Below, piece after piece: positions 9,437-18,410 of a DNA stretch of 31,509 bases. Below the pieces are notes generated by a model. It saw only the letters and a program-made list of their open reading frames with translations, had not been told where the DNA came from and ran no database searches. Every line of letters begins with the position of its first letter. Position 1 is the first letter of the stretch. A program made the position numbers and the translations under genes. Source of the stretch: Candidatus Enterousia sp. (lineage in GTDB: Bacteria > Pseudomonadota > Alphaproteobacteria > Rs-D84); NCBI GenBank assembly GCA_045613785.1, contig JAZLBQ010000010.1:1-31509 (forward strand). The letters run 5' to 3'.

Positions 9437-11902
9437 TTGAAACGTTCTTGGACAAATTTTGTTAGTTTTTATGCCTTGTTGGCGACCGTATTGGGTGCGT
9501 CAACGGCAGTGGCAGCACAAGCCCCAAATCCACGAAGTGTGGTCAATTCTGATGTTGCATCGCAGAGAATTGATGGACGCTCAATCGTGCGTGGGGATGG
9601 CGATAACGTCAATGTTTTAGGACGCAGTGCTGTGCGTCAAAAATCTGGTGTCGCAGGCCGAAATGTTGCAGATGTCAAAGTGCCGTCAGTGGCACGAACT
9701 GCGTCACGTCAGAATACTGTTGTTCGGTCAGGAACAACACAGGGGGCAAGTTCTGTTCGCTCTGCGACGGTTGCTCGTGCTGCGAGTGATACGGGTGTGT
9801 TAGGCAGTTCTCGTAATTCGTCGAATGTTTCAAAATACGGTTTGTCCCGTGCGGCGGCACAATCACGTGCAACAGCGGTTTTTAGTGATGTTTCAAAAAT
9901 TGGTGGTGGCTACTCAACGTGTCGTGATGCATATGCAACCTGTATGGATCAATTTTGTGCGGCTGCCAGTGATACTTATCGTCGTTGCTATTGCAGTGAA
10001 CGCTTTATTGATTTTCGTGATACCGAAGATGCGTTGGATGAAGCCAAAGTTCTATTGCAGAAATTTGAAGATAATAACTTAAATGCGGTTGATAAAACGG
10101 CCGCTGAGGTTAATGCAATGTATTCTGCGTCTATCGGTGAAGCGGCAATTAAAAATGATACTAGTGCTGCACAAAGCATCTTGAACGAAATTGGTGATTT
10201 GTTGTCAGGAAAAAGAAAGCCAAATCGTCAGGATTCAACATTATCTATGGGGGTAATGTCGTTAGATTTTTCAACTGAGATTGGTGATGTTTGGGGTGAA
10301 GGTGGCGGAACATCAATATTCGATTCTGGAACAGGTGTTGATTTGACAACGCTGGAAGGTTCTGATTTGTATAATGCGTCAAATAAACAATGTTTACAGA
10401 TGATTGCGGATAGTTGTGATAACAAGGCCACTTTAAATATGGCTAGCAGTGCTTACAGCATTATGATTAGTCAGGATTGTAATGCGTATGAAAGAAGTTT
10501 GAATTCAAAACGTGAAGCAGTTCTGAATACTGTTCGACAGGCTGAAAAGATTCTGCGTGAAGCCCGTCTGGAAGAATATCGTGCACATAATTCACAGGAT
10601 GTAAATGATTGTTTGAGCAAGGTTAAATCTGCAATAACAAATGAAGTGGCTTGTGGTGCAAACTATAAACGTTGCTTGGATTATTCAGGGAAATATGTTC
10701 GTCCGGATACGGGCGAGGTGATTTATTCGCCAACCTTGTTCCAGTTGTCAGATCAGATAATTTTGTCGGGAAATGCTGACGTTTCGGATATTTTGGCAGC
10801 AAATCCAAATTATGATAAATTCTTGGAATCAAAGAAGATGTTTGCAAATACTGCATTGGATTCGTGCCGTGATATTGCAGACGTTGTCTGGAAGGAATTT
10901 AAACGCAGTGCTTTGGTTGAAATTTCCCAGGCACAAGATGATTTAATTGAAGAAGTTAAAATGACTTGTGTTAATACAATGGCAGAATGTTATGATACAC
11001 AGTCAGGTGCGTTAAAGGATTTTGATACAACAACAGCCAAGGCAGCTGGGGCGTTGTCAGTTTATGCTGCTAAATCAATGTGTCAGGAAAAAGTTACTGC
11101 CTGTGCAGCATTATACAGCAGTGGTGTGGGTTGTAGTGTTGATGACAAGGGAAAAATTTCAAATGCAGAAACATGTGGATTGGCAGCTTTGTTAGCATTT
11201 GTTGATACTGTTGATAATGTGCGTGTTGCAGAAAGTTGTGAAACAGCATTAGATGCATATGTCAAGGATTTGTGCACACCAACAACTGGTGAAAAGGGAT
11301 ATCCATGGCGTTGTCGCACGTTGACTATGGGTAATGTTAATCAGTTAGGCGGTATAAGTCAGACATCGGGAGCGAATGTTATTGGAAATAATTTTGCAAA
11401 TATGGTTGCAAAGTTTGCGGTGGATAACTGTAGCGATCCAACGATTGACGCAGCAAAAAGAACGTTTGATGCGTTGCCTGTGCAGACCAAGACTCAGGTT
11501 CAAAAGTTTATTGATGAAGTTCAGGAAGAATTGTCTTATCAGTTGCGTGAAGAATGCTTGGATTTGGATGGATATTGGATGATAGACAAGAATGAAACTG
11601 CATATGCAAATGCTAAACCGTTGAGTGTGTTTTATTCGACATTTTATGCGGGAAAGTCGGCAGACGAAAGTATGACGTTTGGAAAGTGTGCAGAAAATTC
11701 AACCCGTGTTTCATGTCTGGCGTATAATTCCAATGCCGCCAAAGATGGCGAGGATGAAGAACCATTGACAGTTGCGTCGTATAACCTGGACCGTGATGAA
11801 TGCACGTTCACTGATTCCTGGTTTGAAGCACAGTGTAAGTTGATGGGTAATGGTTATTATGAAAATGGTATTTGCTATGTTGCAGAGGTTTCTTCAAAGT
11901 AA
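9437..11902 (+). CDS. Secreted Cys-rich hypothetical protein (821 aa, TTG start)
   Basis: Signal peptide (MKRSW...AVAAQA), Arg/Ser/Ala/Val-rich low-complexity N-region, then a helical Cys-rich body. AGAGAG RBS-like sequence and TAGAAT -10 upstream. Confidence 0.85.
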   Translation: MKRSWTNFVSFYALLATVLGASTAVAAQAPNPRSVVNSDVASQRIDGRSIVRGDGDNVNVLGRSAVRQKSGVAGRNVADVKVPSVARTASRQNTVVRSGTTQGASSVRSATVARAASDTGVLGSSRNSSNVSKYGLSRAAAQSRATAVFSDVSKIGGGYSTCRDAYATCMDQFCAAASDTYRRCYCSERFIDFRDTEDALDEAKVLLQKFEDNNLNAVDKTAAEVNAMYSASIGEAAIKNDTSAAQSILNEIGDLLSGKRKPNRQDSTLSMGVMSLDFSTEIGDVWGEGGGTSIFDSGTGVDLTTLEGSDLYNASNKQCLQMIADSCDNKATLNMASSAYSIMISQDCNAYERSLNSKREAVLNTVRQAEKILREARLEEYRAHNSQDVNDCLSKVKSAITNEVACGANYKRCLDYSGKYVRPDTGEVIYSPTLFQLSDQIILSGNADVSDILAANPNYDKFLESKKMFANTALDSCRDIADVVWKEFKRSALVEISQAQDDLIEEVKMTCVNTMAECYDTQSGALKDFDTTTAKAAGALSVYAAKSMCQEKVTACAALYSSGVGCSVDDKGKISNAETCGLAALLAFVDTVDNVRVAESCETALDAYVKDLCTPTTGEKGYPWRCRTLTMGNVNQLGGISQTSGANVIGNNFANMVAKFAVDNCSDPTIDAAKRTFDALPVQTKTQVQKFIDEVQEELSYQLREECLDLDGYWMIDKNETAYANAKPLSVFYSTFYAGKSADESMTFGKCAENSTRVSCLAYNSNAAKDGEDEEPLTVASYNLDRDECTFTDSWFEAQCKLMGNGYYENGICYVAEVSSK

Positions 11903-11915
11903 ACGGGGTGTTAAA

Positions 11916-13235
11916 ATGAAAAAAAATTATCTGTTTTTTTGTGTATTGTCTTGTTTGCTGATGGAATTGAATTCGGCAATTGCAAAGGTTGATACCACCT
12001 ATGCAAAAGCGTGGATGGGGGGGGAATATACTGTTGATCCTGGAATTGGTGCAGGAAAGGTTAAGGATGATAGTATTGAATCTAGCGATCGTTGGAATAT
12101 GGGATATTTGAAACTGGGTAGTTCCAAGGTAAATTTTAGCTCTGCAATTGGTGATTTTATTATTGATGGTGCACTGAAGAAAGGTGGAAAACACGGGACG
12201 TATGGTGATGAGTGGGCTGTTGTTGCATTGGTCGCTGAACAGGTGGTAGAGCATGGTGGTTATTTTTGTCCGTATCAATTGCAGTGTGCAAATAAGCATG
12301 GTAATGGTGGGGCATGGTTGCGTGGGTTTGAACCAACAGGATATAGCAAATCAAAATGTGCTTGGTTTTGCGAAAAGGGTTATACGGGAACAAATTGTGG
12401 ACCACAGAAGTCGGTTTTGTCGGGTATGAATACGCCGACCAACACAAGGGCGGATGGTTTGTTTTCAGGGGTGACGATGAAACAGTCAGGCAAGGATAAA
12501 AATGATAAAATAAGTTCGGTTGTTTTTTTTCGTGACAGTTTTTCATGGTCGTGTAAAAACAAAAAGAAAGGAAGTGCTGAATGTTCCAATGATGTAAGAA
12601 AGGCATATGTTATGCTGGGGGGCGTTGCTTTTAAAGAGCATGGCATTGTTGCAACACCTGTTTATTTGGAGTGTTATGCACAAACCAATACCGGCAATCA
12701 TTCATGGGTTAGAACATTGGGGATATTTCCAGATGGAAAGCAAGAGTTGTTGTGTGCAGAAGGATATACACCAAATTCATCAGAAACTGATTGTGTTTTG
12801 GTAACAGAAGAAATGTTGGCTGTTACTAATGCATTAGAAGAAACAGGGTTGGAGTTTTGTTCAGGTTGGGATGAATCAAAGTTTGATAGCAAAATTCATA
12901 CGATGGACACATCAACTGAGGATTGTGCTAGATTTTGGTGCACTGAATCAGGTAAGGCATTTAAAGCGGTTGGCGATACAACGTGTGTTGATTGTGCAAC
13001 AGGTATCAAAGGTGGTCAAAGTAAAATTAATGGAACGTGTGTAAAGTGTGAAACAGGTCAGTTCTTTGATAAGGATAGTGGTGAGTGCAAATCTGCAGCA
13101 GCATATTCTAAGATGGATTTGCAATATGGTAAAGGCAAGACAAAAAATTCAAACATGCCATTGGAAAACCAATGTTGGACAATTTTAACACCAGAAGAAT
13201 ATCGTAAGTGTGTTGAAAGTGGTGGTGCAGAGTAG
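11916..13235 (+). CDS. Secreted Cys-rich hypothetical protein (439 aa)
   Basis: ATG at 11916 after GGGGTG; signal peptide MKKNYLFFCVLSCLLMELNSAIA; EGF-like CEKGYTGTNC and CAEGYTPNSSETDC; CVKCETGQFFD motif. Confidence 0.85.
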   Translation: MKKNYLFFCVLSCLLMELNSAIAKVDTTYAKAWMGGEYTVDPGIGAGKVKDDSIESSDRWNMGYLKLGSSKVNFSSAIGDFIIDGALKKGGKHGTYGDEWAVVALVAEQVVEHGGYFCPYQLQCANKHGNGGAWLRGFEPTGYSKSKCAWFCEKGYTGTNCGPQKSVLSGMNTPTNTRADGLFSGVTMKQSGKDKNDKISSVVFFRDSFSWSCKNKKKGSAECSNDVRKAYVMLGGVAFKEHGIVATPVYLECYAQTNTGNHSWVRTLGIFPDGKQELLCAEGYTPNSSETDCVLVTEEMLAVTNALEETGLEFCSGWDESKFDSKIHTMDTSTEDCARFWCTESGKAFKAVGDTTCVDCATGIKGGQSKINGTCVKCETGQFFDKDSGECKSAAAYSKMDLQYGKGKTKNSNMPLENQCWTILTPEEYRKCVESGGAE

Positions 13236-13247
13236 ATTTGATGTGTC

Positions 13248-13278
13248 AAAAAAAATCCCCCGGTTGGGGGATTTTTTT
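13248..13278. terminator. Bidirectional intrinsic terminator, same core as 1542..1569
   Basis: A8-TCCCCC-GGTT-GGGGGA-T7 between convergent genes. Confidence 0.85.
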
Positions 13279-13345
13279 ATGAGTTTGATTGGGTGTTTGA
13301 TTAGTTTTTTTATTCCTGTATGTGGAAATGATGATGTTTTTTGCC

Positions 13346-13765
13346 TTATTCCTGGCCGGCAAGAGTCTTTAACAAACGCATTACTATTTCACGTTGGTCA
13401 TCTGACTGCAATTTCCAATACAGATTTATCAATTGTAACGATTCGTTCTTGGATAATGGGTCGGTTGTTCCCTGGTCGCAAACACGATTCTTGGGCAAGT
13501 GGCCATTGCGTGGCTCTCGCTCAATATGTCCTGGTAAGCCCGAAAAGAAAAATGATATCGGGGTTTCCAAGGCAACACTAATTTCAAACAGACGTGATGC
13601 AGATATGCGATTTGATGCACATTCATATTTCTGAATTTGTTGAAATGATACACCGCAGATCTTTGATAAATCTTTTTGTGAAAGCCCCATCATAACACGG
13701 CGTAGTTGTAAACGCTGGCCAATATGTTCGTCAACTGCGGTTGGTGAGAAAGGTTTGCCACTCAT
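13346..13765 (-). CDS. XRE/Cro-family HTH regulator, alphaproteobacterial PraR/PhrR-like
   Basis: VDEHIGQRLQLRRVMMGLSQKDL...GVSFQQIQKYE..SNRISASRL HTH_3 signature; GGAG upstream. Confidence 0.9.
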   Translation of the reverse strand: MSGKPFSPTAVDEHIGQRLQLRRVMMGLSQKDLSKICGVSFQQIQKYECASNRISASRLFEISVALETPISFFFSGLPGHIEREPRNGHLPKNRVCDQGTTDPLSKNESLQLINLYWKLQSDDQREIVMRLLKTLAGQE

Positions 13766-13885
13766 TTTTTCTTTGTCTCCCGATAAGATGTATTTCTATG
13801 TTTTGTCTTATACAATTTTTCTTTTGATTTTGCAATCGAAAAACGGCTATCATAGCCACGGTTAAAGTAAGAAAAAGGAAGAAGA

Positions 13886-15358
13886 ATGAAGAAACCTTTG
13901 GTTTTGTGTATAATGGACGGGGTCGGAATAAATCCTGATAAATCTCATAATGCAGTGGCGTTGGCTAAGATGCCTTTTTGGAACAATTTATTGCAAAAAT
14001 ATCCGCATGCCGAATTAAATGCTAGTGGTGTGGCAGTTGGTTTGCCTGATGGAACAATGGGAAATTCAGAGGTTGGACATATTACAATTGGTGCAGGACG
14101 GGTTGTAAATCAGTTCTTACGACGCTTTCAAATCGAAAACTGGGACGAAAATCAGCCTTTGCAGGATTTTATTGCGTCTGTCAAAAGTGAAAATGGTATC
14201 GTTCATGTGGCAGGACTGATGTCAGACGGACGGGTGCATGCCGATGTAAATGATATACTGGTAATTGTTAAATATGTTTTAAACGCTGGGTTGCGTGTGT
14301 GTATTCACTTTATTGCAGATGGGCGTGATACCCTGCCCCAGTCTGCAGAAAAATATATCGAACTGATAAAAGCAAAATTGTCAGATGCGTTGGCTGATGG
14401 ACAGGCGTTCTTTGGAACGCTGTCAGGGCGTTATTATGCAATGGATCGCAATCAAAATATGGACAGAACACAAATCGCAATCGATGCAATCGCAAATGCA
14501 AAATCTAAATATGTGGCCAAGACAATTGATGACGCATTAAAAGATGCATATGCCCGTGGTGAAACAGATGAATTTATTTATCCTGTTGTTATAGATGGAG
14601 ATGTGCCAATTCGTCCAAATGATGGTTTCTTGTTTGGGAACTATCGCAGTGATCGGGCTCGTCAGATTATGCGTGAAATATTGAAAACAAATGCCAAGAT
14701 TTTGTGCTTTTCACAATATGGCGAAGGATTAAACGAATTGTGCCCTGCACTGTTGCCTGATGTCGCAGTCGAAAGAACGCTGGGTGATGTGTTGGCGGAA
14801 AATGGTTTGGCACAGTTGCGTATCGCAGAAACAGAAAAATATAACCATGTGACATATTTCTTTGATGCTGAAAGAAATGTTGATTTTGAAAACGGTAAAA
14901 AGGTTTTAATCGCATCGCCAGATGTTGCGACTTTTGATTTGAAACCAGAAATGTCTGCCGTGGAAATTACAGATGCTTTGTTGCCATTGCTGGGGCAGTA
15001 TGATGTCGTAATTTTGAACTATGCAAATGGTGATATGGTTGGACATACAGGAAATGAAAGTGCGGCAATTCGTGCAATGGAAGTCTTGGATTCTCAATTA
15101 GCACGTTTAGTTCCTGCTGTATTAGATTTGGGGGGAACGTTGCTGATTACAGCAGATCATGGAAATGCAGAAAAATTGTGGGATGAAAAGAATAATGTGC
15201 CGTGGACTGCACATACGGTAAATCCTGTGAATGTTGTTTTGGTCGCTGAAAATGCACCAGAAATTCATAATGGGGGGCTGGCCGATATTGCACCAACAAT
15301 GTTAAAGTTGTTAGGTATTAAACAGCCAGATGATATGACAGGAAAGTCATTGATATAA
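13886..15358 (+). CDS. gpmI: 2,3-bisphosphoglycerate-independent phosphoglycerate mutase
   Basis: LCIMDG, MGNSEVGH, GRYYAMDR, AETEKYNHVTYFF, NGDMVGHTG, TADHGNAE. Confidence 0.96.
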   Translation: MKKPLVLCIMDGVGINPDKSHNAVALAKMPFWNNLLQKYPHAELNASGVAVGLPDGTMGNSEVGHITIGAGRVVNQFLRRFQIENWDENQPLQDFIASVKSENGIVHVAGLMSDGRVHADVNDILVIVKYVLNAGLRVCIHFIADGRDTLPQSAEKYIELIKAKLSDALADGQAFFGTLSGRYYAMDRNQNMDRTQIAIDAIANAKSKYVAKTIDDALKDAYARGETDEFIYPVVIDGDVPIRPNDGFLFGNYRSDRARQIMREILKTNAKILCFSQYGEGLNELCPALLPDVAVERTLGDVLAENGLAQLRIAETEKYNHVTYFFDAERNVDFENGKKVLIASPDVATFDLKPEMSAVEITDALLPLLGQYDVVILNYANGDMVGHTGNESAAIRAMEVLDSQLARLVPAVLDLGGTLLITADHGNAEKLWDEKNNVPWTAHTVNPVNVVLVAENAPEIHNGGLADIAPTMLKLLGIKQPDDMTGKSLI

Positions 15359-15392
15359 AAAAAATAATGCACCAGATGGTGCATTATTTTTT
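15359..15392. terminator. Bidirectional terminator between gpmI and tadA, containing the tadA stop
   Basis: 16-bp perfect inverted repeat AAAAAATAATGCACCA-GA-TGGTGCATTATTTTTT. Confidence 0.75.
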
Positions 15393-15830
15393 GCGACGCA
15401 GTGCAAAGAAATCTTTTAATAACTGGGCTGATTCGTTTGCAAATTCTGGCATTTGATGAACGTTGGGCTTCCACAGGTGGCGGTCACTATCATAAATGCG
15501 GGCGTTTGATGTTATGCCACCGCCTTTTTCATCTGTTGCGGCAAAATATACGTTTTTTATTCTGGCAAACGATATTGCCGTCGCACACATCGCACACGGT
15601 TCAAGCGTGACGTAGATATCACAGTCGTCCAGGAATTTTTGCCCCAGTTTTTTGCAGGCACGATTTATAGCAACAATTTCAGCGTGCAATGTTGGGTTCT
15701 TTTTTATTTGCACCTGATTTTCACCACGGGCAATTATTTTGCCGTCACGAACAATAACTGCCCCAATCGGAACATCGTCGTGAGCAAAAGCACGTTTTGC
15801 ATAAACAAAGGCTTGATTCATAAATTTCAT
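15384..15830 (-). CDS. tadA: tRNA adenosine-34 deaminase TadA
   Basis: DVPIGAVIV, HAE, YVTLEPCAMC, LLKDFF..RR C-terminus. Confidence 0.9.
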   Translation of the reverse strand: MKFMNQAFVYAKRAFAHDDVPIGAVIVRDGKIIARGENQVQIKKNPTLHAEIVAINRACKKLGQKFLDDCDIYVTLEPCAMCATAISFARIKNVYFAATDEKGGGITSNARIYDSDRHLWKPNVHQMPEFANESAQLLKDFFALRRKK

Positions 15831-15865
15831 AATTTATACTTTAACGTATGGATTCTAAATTGCAA
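15813..15865. promoter_or_regulatory. Putative symmetric bidirectional promoter for leaderless tadA and rsmD
   Basis: + strand: TTGATT-N16-TATACT-N7-ATG. - strand: TTGCAA-N16-TAAAGT-N7-ATG. No SD sequence in the 17-bp gap. Confidence 0.6.
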
Positions 15866-16411
15866 ATCATTTCAGGACAATTTCGGGGGCGTAAGTTACG
15901 CCTGCCACCTGATGCACGACCAACGCAAAATCGGGCAAGGATTGCTTTGTTTAATATGCTGGAATCGGGAATTGTTGAAGAGTTGCCTAATGATATGCGT
16001 GTCTGGGATGCGTTTGCAGGAAGTGGTGCTTTTGGCTTAGAGTGTTTATCACGATATCCAATGGCACGGGTTGTCTTTACAGATGTTGCACCAACGTCAA
16101 TTAAAACTGTGCGAGATAATTTGGCAGTGCTTGCTGTCGGTAGTCGGGCAACTGTTGTTCAGATGGATGCCGTTGCCGGTGCGGAAAAGTATGGGGCTGA
16201 TGCAGATTTAATATTTTTGGACTCGCCATACGACCAGGCAAATCTGGGACGCAGTTTGGTGACACGTTTGGGACGGGTGGCAAGGTCTGGAACAATTTTA
16301 ATCTGGGAACAGGAAGTTGGAAACGCTGTTGCACCAGATGAGGAAAAATGGGAAGTCTTGCGTGATAAGACATACGGACGTGCCAATTTTCTGATTTTAC
16401 GCAAGATTTAA
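15848..16411 (+). CDS. rsmD: 16S rRNA m2G966 methyltransferase RsmD family
   Basis: IISGQFRGRKL, RPTQNRARIALFNML, DAFAGSGAFGLECLSR, IFLDSPY, KTYG. Confidence 0.92.
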   Translation: MDSKLQIISGQFRGRKLRLPPDARPTQNRARIALFNMLESGIVEELPNDMRVWDAFAGSGAFGLECLSRYPMARVVFTDVAPTSIKTVRDNLAVLAVGSRATVVQMDAVAGAEKYGADADLIFLDSPYDQANLGRSLVTRLGRVARSGTILIWEQEVGNAVAPDEEKWEVLRDKTYGRANFLILRKI

Positions 16412-16486
16412 CTTGTGTTGATTTTAGTGTTTTTGTAATGAAATGTTTTTACTGATGTTGAGGGTTGTTATTGTTTTTTGGATAAA

Positions 16487-16699
16487 ATGAGGGTGATATT
16501 ACTTGGTTTTTTGCTGTTTTTTATGCCATGTGTGGCGGTGGCTGATATTGTATCCAAAGGGTATGTCACGGAATATGTTAGTCAACAAGGTAAAACAAAG
16601 GTAGATACGTCTGCGTCATCTGTGCAAACAATGGCGGGCAGTTATACCGTTTCGGGTTCGTTCAAGGTGCCTACACCGCCATTGCCAGCACCAGAATAA
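16487..16699 (+). CDS. Small secreted protein, cassette copy 1 (70 aa)
   Basis: Signal peptide ending AVA-D; mature part is a clear paralog of 18210..18407; alternative TTG start at 16478. Confidence 0.85.
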   Translation: MRVILLGFLLFFMPCVAVADIVSKGYVTEYVSQQGKTKVDTSASSVQTMAGSYTVSGSFKVPTPPLPAPE

Positions 16700-16708
16700 A
16701 ATTAAATT

Positions 16709-17974
16709 ATGAAAAAATTGATTTGTTTATTCTTTTCGTTGTTTTTTTTAGAGGCCCATGCGGACGATGTTGTTAATGTCAGATATATTCACGAATTGTT
16801 GGAACATAATTATGGAATCTTTGTGCCGTATAATGATGGTTTGATTGATGATACAGTGGCGGCAAATATGAAGTATTTGTTGACTGTTGTTGATATTGCA
16901 AATAACTTCTTGACAGGGACAATGACAAATTATGCAGCAAGTGCGTATGCCACGGAAGATGCTGCTGATACTGTTGTAGCCAAACAGGCTTTTGATACGT
17001 TGATAAAGGATGTTGTTGTTTTAGATGTGGATTATCCGTTCGAAGTTGGTGCAACAGCTGATTCGTTTTCTTTTTCTATGTCAGCTCAGGGAGAATTTTA
17101 TATAGATTGGGGGGATGGGAATAAAGAAACAATAACTAAAAACGATACGCAAAATCTAACCTATTCTCATTCTTATTCGGGAGCTGCTAGTTATATAATT
17201 AAATTTGGTGGGGTTGCGACAGACTATAATGATGATATAACGACAGCAACAATTAGTTTTGCTAATAATGCAAGTATCACGTCTTTTACAGGTAATTTAA
17301 GTATGATTTTTCCAACGCTGGAAAGTGGGAAAAATCCACGCTTTTATAACAGTTTTTCGGGGTTGACGGGTTTTAGTGGATCAATGCCTGCAAATTTGTT
17401 TATTGATTTGACTGGGGCACCAGTTGCGAATATGTTTAATGGAACATTTAAAAATACGACTAATATTCGTGGGACAATACCTGCAGATGTGTTTGGTAAT
17501 TTAACAGGAGCACCAGCCGAGGGTATGTTTCATTCGACTTTTTATGGATTGCGTCAGTTGGGAAATGGAATTCCTGCTAATTTATTTGAAGGTATTGTTG
17601 GACCACCAGCCAAGGATATGTTTAATAGCACGTTTTATGGATGTGCAAAATTACGTAATAATATTCCTGCAGGCTTGTTTGCTGGGATTAGCGGACAGCC
17701 TGCCCAGGGTATGTTTAGTCAGACATTTTATGGGTGCACAAAACTTTCCGGGATTGACGATGGGGTGTTCGGTGATTTGTCGGGCGATGCACAAACGGAT
17801 ATGTTTACCAAAACATTTTATAATGACAATAAATTATATGGTTATTCCCCAAAGATAAATGGTCAATATTTGTATCAGATTTGGCCAAATGCAACACAGG
17901 CTCAGGTTGGTGATGCTTTTTATAAATGTCAAAAACTGTCTGATTATGGTTCGATTCCGTCAACATGGCGATAA
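16709..17974 (+). CDS. Secreted protein with PKD-like domain and about five 31-aa LRR-like repeats, cassette copy 1
   Basis: Signal peptide (AHA-D); IDWGDG...SHSY; repeats IPAxLFxGIxGxPAxxMFxxTFYGCxxL. Confidence 0.85.
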   Translation: MKKLICLFFSLFFLEAHADDVVNVRYIHELLEHNYGIFVPYNDGLIDDTVAANMKYLLTVVDIANNFLTGTMTNYAASAYATEDAADTVVAKQAFDTLIKDVVVLDVDYPFEVGATADSFSFSMSAQGEFYIDWGDGNKETITKNDTQNLTYSHSYSGAASYIIKFGGVATDYNDDITTATISFANNASITSFTGNLSMIFPTLESGKNPRFYNSFSGLTGFSGSMPANLFIDLTGAPVANMFNGTFKNTTNIRGTIPADVFGNLTGAPAEGMFHSTFYGLRQLGNGIPANLFEGIVGPPAKDMFNSTFYGCAKLRNNIPAGLFAGISGQPAQGMFSQTFYGCTKLSGIDDGVFGDLSGDAQTDMFTKTFYNDNKLYGYSPKINGQYLYQIWPNATQAQVGDAFYKCQKLSDYGSIPSTWR

Positions 17975-17987
17975 GTTTCGTAGCTAT

Positions 17988-18007
17988 GCACCATGTGGTG
18001 CTTTTTT
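17988..18007 (+). terminator. Probable intrinsic terminator
   Basis: GCACCA-TG-TGGTGC followed by T6. Confidence 0.6.
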
Positions 18008-18209
18008 ATTTCTGGGGCTGTTATTTTGTTGTTGTGCTGTTTTTATGTTTTTTTCTATAATTAAATAGATAACTTCAAGGAAAGGAAGTTAATGTGTTGA
18101 ATGGACTAGGTTTTTGCTGCCGTTGCTTTGGTGGCTGGGTTTGGTATTTTTATACTAGACCTGTTTTTGCTGTGTGTTCAACGCTGGTTGAGGGATAAAA
18201 CGAGGGTCG

Positions 18210-18407
18210 ATGAAGCGTTTGGTGCTGATTGTTTGTGCGATTATGACAGGAACTGCGTATGCAGACCTGGCTTCTACGTCGTATGTCAGCACGGCAGTTG
18301 AAACACGTGTAGATACTTCGGCCGAAGCAAAACAAGTTATGGCCGGCGAATATACTGTTTCTGGAAGCTTTAATGTGCCGACACCACCCTTGCCCCCTGC
18401 GGATTAA
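18210..18407 (+). CDS. Small secreted protein, cassette copy 2 (65 aa)
   Basis: GAGGG RBS; signal peptide (AYA-D); VDTSA...QVMAGEYTVSGSFNVPTPPLP shared with copy 1. Confidence 0.85.
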   Translation: MKRLVLIVCAIMTGTAYADLASTSYVSTAVETRVDTSAEAKQVMAGEYTVSGSFNVPTPPLPPAD

Positions 18408-18410
18408 ATC

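Noticed and set aside
12017-12024. G8 tract as a phase-variation switch in a secreted gene
   Set aside because: It is in frame and short, and plausible by chance on a G-rich strand; read-level variation would be needed.
18060-18205. Small membrane peptide or pseudogene between the cassette copies
   Set aside because: An RBS-like AAGGAAAGGAAG is present, but the ATG-initiated frames stop within 2 codons and no homology is evident.
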